Below are positions 11,089 to 21,236 of a DNA stretch of 64,000 nucleotides, in pieces. A program made the position numbers and the translations under genes. Source of the stretch: a virus; IMG/VR virus record IMGVR_UViG_3300034407_003683, positions 20,867-84,866 of that record, one strand, 5' to 3'. The notes under the pieces were generated by a model. That model was not told the origin of the DNA, did not search any database, and worked only from the letters and a program-made list of their open reading frames with translations. How positions within the stretch are numbered: position 1 is the first letter of the stretch; the number at the start of each line of letters is the position of its first letter.

Positions 11089-11096
11089 TATTTATA
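11089..11096 (-). promoter_or_regulatory. T4-type late promoter TATAAATA
   Basis: Exact octamer in the intergenic gap upstream of 11044. Confidence 0.75.
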
Positions 11097-12449
11097 TTAA
11101 TATGTGCCGCAGTCAATAGTTTGAATTTCAACATTACCCGCCGTAACTAAAAAGTCTGTGGCATCAAATGTTGCAATACCAGGATTAAGTGCTGTGGCCA
11201 ATTCAGCCGAAACTATTAATTGATTTGCACCATCTGTATATTCTAGGTCAATACCTTCGCCTGGATGTAAAAGTGCAGCAACTCGATCATCTACTCTTTC
11301 ATTTGTAAAATATAATCCTGTACCTTCTGCAATATTGGTAGTGGTTTTTGTTGCCAATCTTACATCGAATGCTGAATCTGCACGTGCAGTGGTATAATAT
11401 AAATTTGAACCTTCTGTAAGATCATTAGTAGTTTTTTGAGCAAAATCAGAATCAAAGCCCAAATACTTACCAACTAATGTATTAGATACAAATGCACCAG
11501 AAACATCAATATTGGGTGCCGATACTTTCTTATTAAAGTTCCATGTATCTGTTGATGCTTCATAATAAATATCAGCATTGGCACCATCAACGTGAATACC
11601 AGCCGAATCAGCTGCAGTTGCATTTGCAGCACCAGAAGCAAGAGTTATATTTTTATCATCAACTTCAAGTGTAGTTGAATTAATAGTTGTGGTGGTTCCA
11701 TCAACCTGTAGATTACCTGCAATAATTAAAGTACCTGTATTGCCTACAGGACTTGGATCAATTGTAATATCACCACTGGTAGAACTAATGGTGTTGCCGT
11801 CTAGGCTAAGGTTGTCGACAGTAAGTGATGTAAGGCCTAGTACATCTCCATCTAGATTAATATCAACTTGTACGCCATTGCCTTGAGCTACTGTGGCAGT
11901 ATTGACATTAGTTCCACCTAATATCTTTAATTCATTGCCTGTAATTAATTGCCCATCTTCTCCAATACCAGCAACATCTGCAGTAATATCTAAAGTATTT
12001 AAAGTATCGACATAATTTTTGGTAGCAGCATCTTGTGCTAAAGTAGGATCAACTACATTTTTAATTTGTGCTGTGGATGCATCAATTAATCCACTGGTTG
12101 AAGATAGTGTAATATTACCACTGGTAGAACTAATTGTATTACCATCGATGGATATATTGTCAACATTTAATAGATTAATTTTATTATTAGCATCTGTAAT
12201 AATAACACTCGAAGGTTTTATTTGACCCTTCGGATGATCCATCATATCGGTATAATATTTACCGCCTATGGTATGGATTTCTGCAGCCTTACCGCCATTA
12301 GTATTAGCACCGGCACCAATAAAGAGACGATCACCACCAGCAGAATCACCATCTGCATAACTATAGGCTAGTTCACCACTCTTAAGAATCTGATCATCAG
12401 GGATGATAGTACTAGTAGTGCCACTTCTTTTTATGAGATAAATTGGCAT
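11097..12449 (-). CDS. Tail-fibre-like virion protein
   Basis: N-terminal IKRS...GELAYSY...RLFIG motif, DAATKNYVD, and the LTEGSNLYYTTARADSAFD repeat shared with 6362..11044. Confidence 0.75.
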   Translation of the reverse strand: MPIYLIKRSGTTSTIIPDDQILKSGELAYSYADGDSAGGDRLFIGAGANTNGGKAAEIHTIGGKYYTDMMDHPKGQIKPSSVIITDANNKINLLNVDNISIDGNTISSTSGNITLSSTSGLIDASTAQIKNVVDPTLAQDAATKNYVDTLNTLDITADVAGIGEDGQLITGNELKILGGTNVNTATVAQGNGVQVDINLDGDVLGLTSLTVDNLSLDGNTISSTSGDITIDPSPVGNTGTLIIAGNLQVDGTTTTINSTTLEVDDKNITLASGAANATAADSAGIHVDGANADIYYEASTDTWNFNKKVSAPNIDVSGAFVSNTLVGKYLGFDSDFAQKTTNDLTEGSNLYYTTARADSAFDVRLATKTTTNIAEGTGLYFTNERVDDRVAALLHPGEGIDLEYTDGANQLIVSAELATALNPGIATFDATDFLVTAGNVEIQTIDCGTY

Positions 12450-12646
12450 TAGAACGTACCACCATCAATTTCAGATTCGTTATCCCATTTACCGGTGGCA
12501 GCATTATATAGTAGAATATCACCATCGGTAAGGCCAGTTATTGTTATATCTGTGAGATCTTCTAGTGTTTGAGCTGCAGCACCAGTAACCCTACGTATCG
12601 GAGTACCAATGGTGATTTTTCTTACTAAAGTTTGTTGAGTAGCCAT
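12449..12646 (-). CDS. Small virion-associated protein
   Basis: 65 aa, translationally coupled to its neighbours. LxDLxDV-like motif (LEDLTDITITGLTDGDILLYNAATGKW) typical of fibre-associated proteins. Confidence 0.7.
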   Translation of the reverse strand: MATQQTLVRKITIGTPIRRVTGAAAQTLEDLTDITITGLTDGDILLYNAATGKWDNESEIDGGTF

Positions 12647-13000
12647 CTACACACCCGTAACGTTAGGATTAACACGAATCTTTCCTTCAAGAACTCTTTC
12701 AATAACGGTAGAACCATTACTATCAACATAAGAGATCTCGACATCATATACATAAGACCCAACTTTTAAAGCCGATGTCTGTATATTTGTCAAAGAGAGT
12801 GTTAGTATCCCTCCGGTAGGGTCTGAAAGTGCGGCAGCAAATGTGGTTGTATCAGCCGAATCGCTATTAAAATTGCGCTTCATTTGAGCCGCAGCTGAGA
12901 AATTAGTTAGGTTTTTTGGATTACCATTTACATCTACTAGCTCTAATTCTAAAGCTATATCTGAACCTTGGTCAAAGGTAAATTTTTCGTATTCTGCCAT
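12647..13000 (-). CDS. Virion structural protein (BppU N-terminal-like Ig fold)
   Basis: FDQGSD...NLTNFSAAAQMKR...GILTLSLT...YVYDVEI...RVLEGKIRVNPNVT, a conserved pattern in marine T4-like phages. Confidence 0.7.
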   Translation of the reverse strand: MAEYEKFTFDQGSDIALELELVDVNGNPKNLTNFSAAAQMKRNFNSDSADTTTFAAALSDPTGGILTLSLTNIQTSALKVGSYVYDVEISYVDSNGSTVIERVLEGKIRVNPNVTGV

Positions 13001-13047
13001 TTATCCCAACTTCGATACTAAGTAACTCGAACATAATTAGTTAAAGT

Positions 13048-13055
13048 TATTTATA
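13048..13055 (-). promoter_or_regulatory. T4-type late promoter TATAAATA for the fibre operon
   Basis: Exact octamer 48 nt upstream of 13000. Confidence 0.75.
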
Positions 13056-13064
13056 AAAAAAGTT

Positions 13065-13096
13065 GTTTACAAAACCACATAAATATGATATAATAG
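13065..13096 (+). promoter_or_regulatory. Possible early (sigma70-type) promoter for the AT-rich island
   Basis: GTTTACA followed by ...ATATGA-TATATAAT. It resembles the other early promoters, but the canonical TATAAT sits at a 19-nt spacing (TATATA at 17). Confidence 0.4.
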
Positions 13097-13125
13097 AGAT
13101 ATAATTTGAGGAAAAGGGGTATTGG

Positions 13126-13962
13126 TTGGAACTAAATATATTATGTACATCTAAACCGTGTGATGGTCTTTTGTATTACAGCTATGAATATTGTAGTTAT
13201 CTAAATTCAATTGGAATTAAAACACAATTAATTATAATTCCACATCCAGGATTTAATCAAGAAGATTACTTTAATTCAATTACATCAAAATATATCTCAT
13301 ATCAAAATGTAACATTTGATCCAGATAGATGGTCAAATACTACACTCATTATGGGTCGAAGCATGCTGACAATTGGATATCTTAACAGAAATAGATATTC
13401 CATGGAACAATTGCTCTTACTTCATTTACTTTTTAGAGATACAATTGTTGCTGTCTATTCTGAAAATCATCCAATCGAATATGAAAATGCCTTAGAGTAT
13501 TTTTGTCCATACGATGTAATTGATATCTGTGACTATGATGTATATCCAAATGGTGTTGGAGAACATTTTGAAAAGAGAATTAATTTTGACATATATAAAC
13601 CTATAATCAATGATATTAAATTTAAATATCTTTTCAATGGAACCAATAAGAAATACTATACTGCAGCGCAAAATATTTTACATAAATATAAGTCACATGG
13701 AATTTTAGTATATGATCTAAGTGTCATTGATATAAACAACAATAATATTATAGTGCCTATGGATAATTTATTAGGTTCGTTTGAATCATACGTCTATACA
13801 AAAAATATATTGGATCCAGCTCCACGATTAATTCAAGAGTGTAAACACTTTAATAAAGAAATAATTATAGAAAATTCCAATCGCGGCCTAGAAGTCTATA
13901 TGAATAGGAATACTTATGAAAAAAATACTACTAGTTTCTGGTTGCAGTTTTACAACAGATAA
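13126..13962 (+). CDS. Hypothetical protein, possibly glycosyltransferase-fold related
   Basis: 278 aa ORF with TTG start after a GAGG-rich SD. First gene of the overlapping island operon. The C-terminal DPAPRLIQECK motif recalls GT-B signatures, but only weakly. Confidence 0.5.
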   Translation: MELNILCTSKPCDGLLYYSYEYCSYLNSIGIKTQLIIIPHPGFNQEDYFNSITSKYISYQNVTFDPDRWSNTTLIMGRSMLTIGYLNRNRYSMEQLLLLHLLFRDTIVAVYSENHPIEYENALEYFCPYDVIDICDYDVYPNGVGEHFEKRINFDIYKPIINDIKFKYLFNGTNKKYYTAAQNILHKYKSHGILVYDLSVIDINNNNIIVPMDNLLGSFESYVYTKNILDPAPRLIQECKHFNKEIIIENSNRGLEVYMNRNTYEKNTTSFWLQFYNR

Positions 13963-14650
13963 TTTTAATTCGCTTTTTCACCCAGAAATATCATGCGCTT
14001 GGCCTAAATGGCCAAAATTGTTAGCAAATAAATTAGATATGGATTTAATCAATTTAGCTAATTCAGGTGCTGGTAATGAATACATATATAGTACTCTTAT
14101 TGACAAAATATCTGAAATTAATCCAAAAAATATAGGGTTAACTATTGCAGCATGGTCACAATCACAGCGCTGTGACTATGAAATAAGAGATACTTCCCGA
14201 TGGCTACATGAAAGAATTGACGAAAAAGGTGACATACATTATTTTGTTAGAAAAAGTTTAAGATATTATTATAGTTTTCAATTATTATGCGAAAGACTAG
14301 ATATTCCATATAAGCAAATGCAAATGATAGAATTATTTGATGATTATCTTAATGGGTTAAAAGGGTTGCCCGGAAAAAATAATGAAAGAACTATATTATA
14401 TCCAAAAAATAAATCTATATCTCGAGATAAAGTGAATGCGTCGTTTTGCACTCATTCAATATTTGACAAAATAGATGATAATATGTTTTTAGGTTGGCCA
14501 ATCTTACCCGAGTTAAATGGATATAATATACAAAACAAAGTAACAGATAACTCTAGATTAAGGCATATTTTTTCTCTTTCTGAATTAGATAGCCACCCAA
14601 ATAAAAAAGGTCATGAAATGATAGCGGAATTTATATATGAAAATCTTTAG
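13916..14650 (+). CDS. SGNH/GDSL-like hydrolase or acyltransferase
   Basis: Block I LLVSGCSFT, block II NLANSGAGN, and C-terminal DSHPNKKGH (DxH). Confidence 0.7.
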   Translation: MKKILLVSGCSFTTDNFNSLFHPEISCAWPKWPKLLANKLDMDLINLANSGAGNEYIYSTLIDKISEINPKNIGLTIAAWSQSQRCDYEIRDTSRWLHERIDEKGDIHYFVRKSLRYYYSFQLLCERLDIPYKQMQMIELFDDYLNGLKGLPGKNNERTILYPKNKSISRDKVNASFCTHSIFDKIDDNMFLGWPILPELNGYNIQNKVTDNSRLRHIFSLSELDSHPNKKGHEMIAEFIYENL

Positions 14651-16121
14651 CGCAGCTCTTAATTCACATGATCATAATACATATGATGGTGTCTTGCACA
14701 AACAAATGGAGAGATATACTCGCTTTAAGCATAATATCCCATACCATTTTGATGCGTATGATATACATCCAGTTGAAACAAGGCAAAATAAATACGATTA
14801 TACTTTAATTAATGATTTTTATAAAGAACATTTTCTTTCTCAATATAAATTATTAGCTTTTACTTTTACTACAAATGCCCTTTCTAAATTAAAAAGTCAT
14901 AATATACATCAAAACTTTATAAACTTTAAACCAAAAAACATATGGGACTACTGTAAAATTGATAATCAATATTATATTGACCATCATCAATCTCATGCAA
15001 CATATGCATACTTGAGTTCTGGTTATAATGAGTCTGATATATTAGCAATTGACGGTAATGGATCTAATTTTAAATGCATCTTTATTGATAAATTTGGTAA
15101 TATTACAGATTTATCTAATAAATTACCTATCGGTCTAATATGGAATTTTATATCATATAATTGTGGGTTCGGTTATCTCAATGCGGGAAAGGTGATGGGG
15201 TTGGTAGCATATGGTGAATATAATAACTTACACAATTCTCTTTTTAATATAATGGTGACTGATATGGATAATAGTAAAAGTGATTATAAAGATTATTTAA
15301 AAAATGAGAATAAATTAGATTTAGCATTTACTTTACAAAAATTTACAATGGAACAAGTGTTCAAATATGTATTATCTCTTAAAACTTCAGATAATATATG
15401 TATAGCTGGTGGTGTTGCATATAATGGCTATATGAATGAAGAGTTTACAAAGCATTATAGAAACGTACATGTACCTCCGGCATGTGGGGATGAGGGACAA
15501 TCACTTGGGGCTTATATGCACGCCGACTATATTTTAAATAATAATATCCATGTACCTGAAACATATGCTGGACAAGAGTATAAATTTGATGAAGGAGACC
15601 CAATTACACCTAGAGAAGTTGGTCAAGCAATTGCTGATGGAAAAATTATAGGATGGTTTAATGGTAAATCTGAATCAGGAAATAGAGCTTTAGGTAATCG
15701 TAGTATTCTTGCTGATCCTCGTAATGCTCATATAAAAGATATTATTAATGAAACAATAAAAGAAAGAGAAGATTTTAGACCATTTGCGCCTGCAGTATTG
15801 GAACAACACTATAAAGATTATTTTAATACAAATCAACCTAGCCCATATATGTCGCGTATTGTGCCAGTTAAATCAGATAAGATACCTGGTGTGACTCATA
15901 TAGATAATACTGCTAGGATACAAACGGTAAATAGAAAACAGAACGAAAAATTTTATGATGTAATACATGGATTTTATCAAGCAACTGGAATTCCTATGGT
16001 ATTGAATACAAGTTTTAACTGTAAAGAACCAATAGTTGAAACACCAGAAGATGCAATAAGAACATTTAAAAGAACTAAGTTGGATATGGTAGTGATTAAT
16101 GGAAGAGCATTAAAGAAATGA
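14637..16121 (+). CDS. NodU/CmcH-family O-carbamoyltransferase
   Basis: Motifs HHQSHA, AIDGNG, GKVMGL, AGGVAYN, GDEGQSLG, RALGNRSILADP, REDFRPFAP and LNTSFN. Confidence 0.93.
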   Translation: MKIFSAALNSHDHNTYDGVLHKQMERYTRFKHNIPYHFDAYDIHPVETRQNKYDYTLINDFYKEHFLSQYKLLAFTFTTNALSKLKSHNIHQNFINFKPKNIWDYCKIDNQYYIDHHQSHATYAYLSSGYNESDILAIDGNGSNFKCIFIDKFGNITDLSNKLPIGLIWNFISYNCGFGYLNAGKVMGLVAYGEYNNLHNSLFNIMVTDMDNSKSDYKDYLKNENKLDLAFTLQKFTMEQVFKYVLSLKTSDNICIAGGVAYNGYMNEEFTKHYRNVHVPPACGDEGQSLGAYMHADYILNNNIHVPETYAGQEYKFDEGDPITPREVGQAIADGKIIGWFNGKSESGNRALGNRSILADPRNAHIKDIINETIKEREDFRPFAPAVLEQHYKDYFNTNQPSPYMSRIVPVKSDKIPGVTHIDNTARIQTVNRKQNEKFYDVIHGFYQATGIPMVLNTSFNCKEPIVETPEDAIRTFKRTKLDMVVINGRALKK

Positions 16122-16444
16122 AATATATAAATCCACAATGCGTAAGCTTCTCTTATAATGAAAATGGAAAAAAAATATACAAATCTCCATACGGATGGTG
16201 TAAAGGTATTGCTTACTGTACTGATGGATTTTTATTACCATGTTGTTGGTGTGATCAAACAAATCTTTATGAAGATTTTAAAAATTTAGGTTTTTATAAT
16301 GAAAATTTAAAATTAGAAAATAATGATAGTATAGAAGATATATTACTTTCAGAAACATGGAAAAATTTTATCCATGTTATATTAAGCACTCCCCATTTAG
16401 CCCCTCGAGTTTGTAAAAAGAAATGTGGTATATATGAGGGATAA
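16118..16444 (+). CDS. Stand-alone SPASM/twitch-like Fe-S domain protein
   Basis: CKGIAYCTDGFLLPCCWCD...SIEDILLSETW...VCKKKC. Confidence 0.65.
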   Translation: MKYINPQCVSFSYNENGKKIYKSPYGWCKGIAYCTDGFLLPCCWCDQTNLYEDFKNLGFYNENLKLENNDSIEDILLSETWKNFIHVILSTPHLAPRVCKKKCGIYEG

Positions 16445-17096
16445 TGATTATTATCGATATATGCTACATCAAAAAGAAAATGCTAGCATTAATATTGATA
16501 CGTCTAATAAGTGCATTCTAGAATGTCCTGGTTGCCAACGAAATGATTTAAGAAATAAAGATAAAATAAAAAATGGCAATATTATGCCTATATCTGATTT
16601 TATAAAAATTGTAGAATATTACGATAATATAAACTTATGCGGTCAAATATCAGATCCAGTTTATTATAGACATTTTAATGAATTTTTAGATATTACAAAA
16701 GAATATCCGACTAAAACTTTTAAAATAGCCACCGCGGCTCATCAAAAAAATTTACAATGGTATAAAAATGCATTTAATAGACATAATAATAATGTTCAAT
16801 GGATTTTTGGTTTAGACGGTTTACCCAATACTAGTTTTTTATATAGAATAAAACAGAATAGTCAATTAATATTTGATGCCATGATATTAGGCACAAAATT
16901 AAATAAAAAAATTTCATGGCAATTTATAGTTTTTGATTATAATAAACATCAAATTGAAGAAGCAAAAAAGATAGCAAAGGAAAATGATATAAGATTTATA
17001 TTAACAATATCTGATAGAAATAGAAATAGATCAGATAGTCCAGAAGAATATAAAAAAAAATATAAGATAAAAAATACAAAAAGAATTATAACATGA
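16425..17096 (+). CDS. Radical SAM protein (start may be ATG at 16434)
   Basis: CxxxCxxC motif (KCILECPGCQR), CGQISDP, and FGLDG. Confidence 0.85.
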   Translation: MVYMRDNDYYRYMLHQKENASINIDTSNKCILECPGCQRNDLRNKDKIKNGNIMPISDFIKIVEYYDNINLCGQISDPVYYRHFNEFLDITKEYPTKTFKIATAAHQKNLQWYKNAFNRHNNNVQWIFGLDGLPNTSFLYRIKQNSQLIFDAMILGTKLNKKISWQFIVFDYNKHQIEEAKKIAKENDIRFILTISDRNRNRSDSPEEYKKKYKIKNTKRIIT

Positions 17097-17797
17097 ATAT
17101 TATATGTGTTAAATGGGGTGATAAGTTTAATCATGAGCATGTTAATAGGCTCTATAAGATGATACTTAAAAATATAAAAGATGATTTTACATTTGTGTGT
17201 TACACAGAAAATCCAAATAATCTACACCCGGATATTAAAACTATTCCACTTGATCTCAATTTAAATCTAGAAAATTGGTGGTGGAAACTTACACTCTTTA
17301 AACATAAAACGGATGAAGTTAATATCTTTTTTGATCTTGATGTAGTAATTCAAAATGATATTACACATCTTAAAGATCTTTGTGTAGAAGATATGTTGTA
17401 TATGATAAAAGCATATTGGAAAACATATCCTTTAACTGAATTTGATACCAATCTAAACTCTTCTGTTATGATATGGAAAGGTGATTTATCTGATCTTTGG
17501 ATTAAATTTGAAAAAGATCAAGATTATTATATGCTCAAATATAATGGTATAGATTCTTATTTAGATCATGATCAACATGATAAACTACTTTACATTCCGA
17601 AAGGTGAAGTTTATTCTAGGTTATATGGTATAGATGAGAATAACTATTGGAAAGTTGGCACAGAATTTAAAAATTATTTCTATTCAGAAAAATATAATAT
17701 ATGCATTTTTAATGGTTGGCGTAGGAAAACCGATAAGATTAATAACAAATATTTACTAGATAATAATGGATACGAAGGCTTTGAACAATATTATTGA
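17093..17797 (+). CDS. GT-A fold glycosyltransferase
   Basis: N-terminal ICVKWGDKF...VNRLY, DxD motif FFDLDVVI, and NSSVMIW. Confidence 0.8.
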   Translation: MNIICVKWGDKFNHEHVNRLYKMILKNIKDDFTFVCYTENPNNLHPDIKTIPLDLNLNLENWWWKLTLFKHKTDEVNIFFDLDVVIQNDITHLKDLCVEDMLYMIKAYWKTYPLTEFDTNLNSSVMIWKGDLSDLWIKFEKDQDYYMLKYNGIDSYLDHDQHDKLLYIPKGEVYSRLYGIDENNYWKVGTEFKNYFYSEKYNICIFNGWRRKTDKINNKYLLDNNGYEGFEQYY

Positions 17798-18398
17798 TCC
17801 AATATATTGGAAAGTTTTATGGAATGCTGCTAATGCAGGCTACGACATGAAACAAATGCTTGACAGTTTGTCTCCTAATCAAATTAAATCTAAAGTATGG
17901 TTAGTTGAAATGTTAAGTATATGTGCAATAAAAAATCCATCTATTCAATTATATGGTGGGTGGAATGGATTTCCTCTTATTGACTTGTTAAGAGAAGAAT
18001 TCAAAATTTCATTATTAGAAAATATTGATTTAGATGAATCAGCGCTGAAGGTCTATAAAAATTTTATTAACAAAAAACAACTCAAAACTAGTGTATATAG
18101 AGCAAGACATGGAGATGCGTGTGAGCCATATAAAGTTGATAAGGAAATAGATATTGTAATTAATACTTCATCTGAACATATGCCAGATTTACCAGAACTT
18201 ATAAAAAGTAAAAACTATAAAAAATCTTGTATATTTGCGTTACAGAGTAATAATATGTTTTACGTTAAAGATCATATTAATTGTGTAAATAGTAAAGAAG
18301 AATTAGAAACAAAATCTAAATTATCTAGAATATTGTATTCTGGTACATATGTAATGCCAAATGGATATGAAAGATATATGGTAATAGGCAATGTCTAA
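17766..18398 (+). CDS. Class I SAM-dependent methyltransferase-like protein
   Basis: LYGGWNG motif I variant, acidic IDLD, DIVINTSSEH, and FALQSNN. Confidence 0.7.
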   Translation: MDTKALNNIIDPIYWKVLWNAANAGYDMKQMLDSLSPNQIKSKVWLVEMLSICAIKNPSIQLYGGWNGFPLIDLLREEFKISLLENIDLDESALKVYKNFINKKQLKTSVYRARHGDACEPYKVDKEIDIVINTSSEHMPDLPELIKSKNYKKSCIFALQSNNMFYVKDHINCVNSKEELETKSKLSRILYSGTYVMPNGYERYMVIGNV

Positions 18399-19296
18399 AG
18401 TTATTTTTAGTTTATATATTGACATCCCGGAAAATGAATTAGACGAACAGTCTGCTCATTGGGGATCAAACATATCAAAAACTCTTCATACGAAAATACA
18501 ATTAAAAGATAATTATAAATGGCTTATAGAGTCTCAACAAAGATATGCCAACTATATTGGTGTTGAGTATAAACACTATACATATGATTCTGCTTATATA
18601 AAATATAAAGAATGGTTTAATTTAAATTATCCAGAGGTTACGTCATATAACATTGTTAATTTTTATAAACTTAAATTATTATATAATTTAGCAAAAGACT
18701 ATGATGAAATATTATATCTAGATCTAGATGTTATTCCAGTTTCAACCGATAACTTTTTTAAAACTTGGGATTTATCACAAGGTATTGCTATTATGAGTGG
18801 TACAGCAGAAAGTCAAAAAGATATTGAAACTGATAATAGAGAACTTTTAAGAATTAAATATACGAATAATAGTAATAGATCGCCAATCGCAAAGTATTGG
18901 AATGCAAAAGCTATGCTTTTAGAAAAAGGATATACATGTGAATCAACAGTATTTAATACTGGAATTGTTGGAGCATCTCAAAAATGGCTTAAAGCTTTAG
19001 ACTATTTTGGTGACTTTAGAAATATAATAGATTATATGACGCAGCTAAAAACAGATGATGGATTTTATCCAGAACAGATTCAAAGCTTATTTGGATATGA
19101 TAATGAAACAATATGGGCATACAAAACACTAAGTAAAGATGTACCATGGCAAAAGCTAACACCAGATTGGCATTGTTTTATGGATAAATGGAGTTATATT
19201 CCATCAAATACTAAACTAGTTCATTGTATCAATAAAGATTTTAAGTATGTAAGAGATTGGTATGAAAAGAATAATATTCTCAATCTTTTCAAATAA
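18391..19296 (+). CDS. GT-A fold glycosyltransferase
   Basis: YDEILYLDLDVIP (DxD), FNTGIVG and DNETI. Paralogous to the next gene. Confidence 0.8.
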   Translation: MSKVIFSLYIDIPENELDEQSAHWGSNISKTLHTKIQLKDNYKWLIESQQRYANYIGVEYKHYTYDSAYIKYKEWFNLNYPEVTSYNIVNFYKLKLLYNLAKDYDEILYLDLDVIPVSTDNFFKTWDLSQGIAIMSGTAESQKDIETDNRELLRIKYTNNSNRSPIAKYWNAKAMLLEKGYTCESTVFNTGIVGASQKWLKALDYFGDFRNIIDYMTQLKTDDGFYPEQIQSLFGYDNETIWAYKTLSKDVPWQKLTPDWHCFMDKWSYIPSNTKLVHCINKDFKYVRDWYEKNNILNLFK

Positions 19297-20038
19297 AGTA
19301 GAGAAAAATCACCAGTCAACCGGCGATTTTAAAATATCTCAATTTATAAAATATAAAGATTCTTTAGTTAAATCGCAAAAGGCGTATGCACAAATTTGTA
19401 ATGCTGATTACGAATTATTTGAAGTATCAGAAACGCTGTATGATAAAATTCAATTTGACAAACTTTATAAAATGGAAGAGTTAACTCAATATTATGATGA
19501 AGTTCTTTATTTTGATTTAGATGTCATTCCTAATACAAATGAAAGTTTTTTTAAATCTAATGATTTAAATTCCATTTGTGCATATTCATTTGAAAGAACG
19601 TTACAATCAAATGTTCTACAAAGAAAAATATCAGAAAATGATTTTGATAAAATGAATGTATTTTCAAAAGGCTGTTGTAAAAAATCTATGCTATTACTTG
19701 AAGACATAAATTCTGATTATAAAGTAATTAACACAGGTATTATTGGAGGTAATAAATACTCTATAGATGCTTTATCATTTGATAAGCGATTAGAAAGTAC
19801 CTATGATATTTACAATCAAACAATTACTGATAATCTTTATCCTATAGAAATTTCTAGAAACTGGAGACCTAATAATGAAGTGTTTATTACATATATGATA
19901 GAAAAATACAAAGTTCCATTTATTAATATTGGTATTCAGTGGAATTTTATAATTGACGATATATATCCAAATGTCTCAGAAGCGGGTAAATTAATACATG
20001 TAGTGCATAAGGATTTTGGTAAAATATATGACAAATAA
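19262..20038 (+). CDS. GT-A fold glycosyltransferase
   Basis: YDEVLYFDLDVIP, INTGIIG, NNEVF and QWNF. Confidence 0.8.
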   Translation: MKRIIFSIFSNKVEKNHQSTGDFKISQFIKYKDSLVKSQKAYAQICNADYELFEVSETLYDKIQFDKLYKMEELTQYYDEVLYFDLDVIPNTNESFFKSNDLNSICAYSFERTLQSNVLQRKISENDFDKMNVFSKGCCKKSMLLLEDINSDYKVINTGIIGGNKYSIDALSFDKRLESTYDIYNQTITDNLYPIEISRNWRPNNEVFITYMIEKYKVPFINIGIQWNFIIDDIYPNVSEAGKLIHVVHKDFGKIYDK

Positions 20039-21236
20039 AAGAATAAAAAAACTTGAAACTATAGCAGATATCGTTTCAAAATTACCCTCTTATTGTTCTG
20101 CTGCATTTACTGAAATGTATGTAGACAATAATGGTCAATATAGATTATGCTGTCATGCTAAACCAAATCCAGTACTTAAACAATATACTAGTGATTCCAT
20201 TTTACCATTTGAATATTTTTTATCAAAAGAAATGGAAAATATTCGTGACTCAATGCTTGAAGGAAAACATATCCCAGATTGTGAAAAATGTAATTTGTTG
20301 GAAAAATATGGAAAATATTCATATAGACATAAATACATTGCGCGAGACGGGTTTATAACAGATATACAAGAAAAAACAATTAATCTAAAATTAAGAATTT
20401 CAGGATCATTCTGTAACCTTGCATGCTATATGTGCAATCCAGTAAATTCTACTACAAAGAGAAATGAATTAAATAAAATATTTGACATTGATAATACATT
20501 AAATGTATTTACTACAGGTATGAAAAATGCTAAAAGTGTTAAACATGCGCAGTGGAATGATATTGTAACTAATATATTAGAAAATATTCACCTCATTAAA
20601 ATAATTCATATGACTGGTGGGGAAACTTTACAACTTCCTAAATATTGGGAATTTTTGGATCTTATTCCAGATAAACATGCAAAGGAATTAATACTTACAC
20701 ATGATACTAATTTAACAAAGATTACATATAATAATCGCCATGTTTCAGATAATGCAAAGAGATTTAAATCATTTAATTTAAGTATTTCATGTGATCATAT
20801 ATTAGATAAATTATCTTGGATCAGATATCCAATTAACGTAGAAGAATTTGAGAATAATTTACAAGAAATAATATTAGATAAGAATATTAATAAAAACATT
20901 AATTGTACGGTTTCAATATTAAATATTGATGACTTATTTGAAATTAGAGACTACTATAAAAATAAATTTAAAGTTGATGTTTTATTTGAATGTATGGTTG
21001 TAAGCCCAAAAGAATTATCAATTTCTAATTTGCCAGAAAAACTTAAAGATGTATATAAAGAAAAATATAAAAATGATTTTGAATTTATATTAGCAGAGCT
21101 TAATAAACCAGCAGATCTAAAATTATTTGATAAAGGTCTAAAGTACTGTGATAAATTGTCAGCTCACCGACAATTTAATTTTAGAGTTCTATGGAAAGAT
21201 TGGCTAGAAAAAGTTACGACTTATAAAGATCAATAG
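20016..21236 (+). CDS. Radical SAM protein with N-terminal twitch/SPASM domain (start probably ATG at 20028)
   Basis: N-terminal C..F..MYVDNNGQYRLCC...CEKC, then CNLACYMC and MTGGE. Confidence 0.88.
   Translation: MVKYMTNKRIKKLETIADIVSKLPSYCSAAFTEMYVDNNGQYRLCCHAKPNPVLKQYTSDSILPFEYFLSKEMENIRDSMLEGKHIPDCEKCNLLEKYGKYSYRHKYIARDGFITDIQEKTINLKLRISGSFCNLACYMCNPVNSTTKRNELNKIFDIDNTLNVFTTGMKNAKSVKHAQWNDIVTNILENIHLIKIIHMTGGETLQLPKYWEFLDLIPDKHAKELILTHDTNLTKITYNNRHVSDNAKRFKSFNLSISCDHILDKLSWIRYPINVEEFENNLQEIILDKNINKNINCTVSILNIDDLFEIRDYYKNKFKVDVLFECMVVSPKELSISNLPEKLKDVYKEKYKNDFEFILAELNKPADLKLFDKGLKYCDKLSAHRQFNFRVLWKDWLEKVTTYKDQ

Noticed and set aside
6362-12449. Diversity-generating retroelement suggested by Mtd_N-like N-termini
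   Set aside because: No reverse transcriptase and no TR/VR pair with adenine-specific mismatches was seen in the window.
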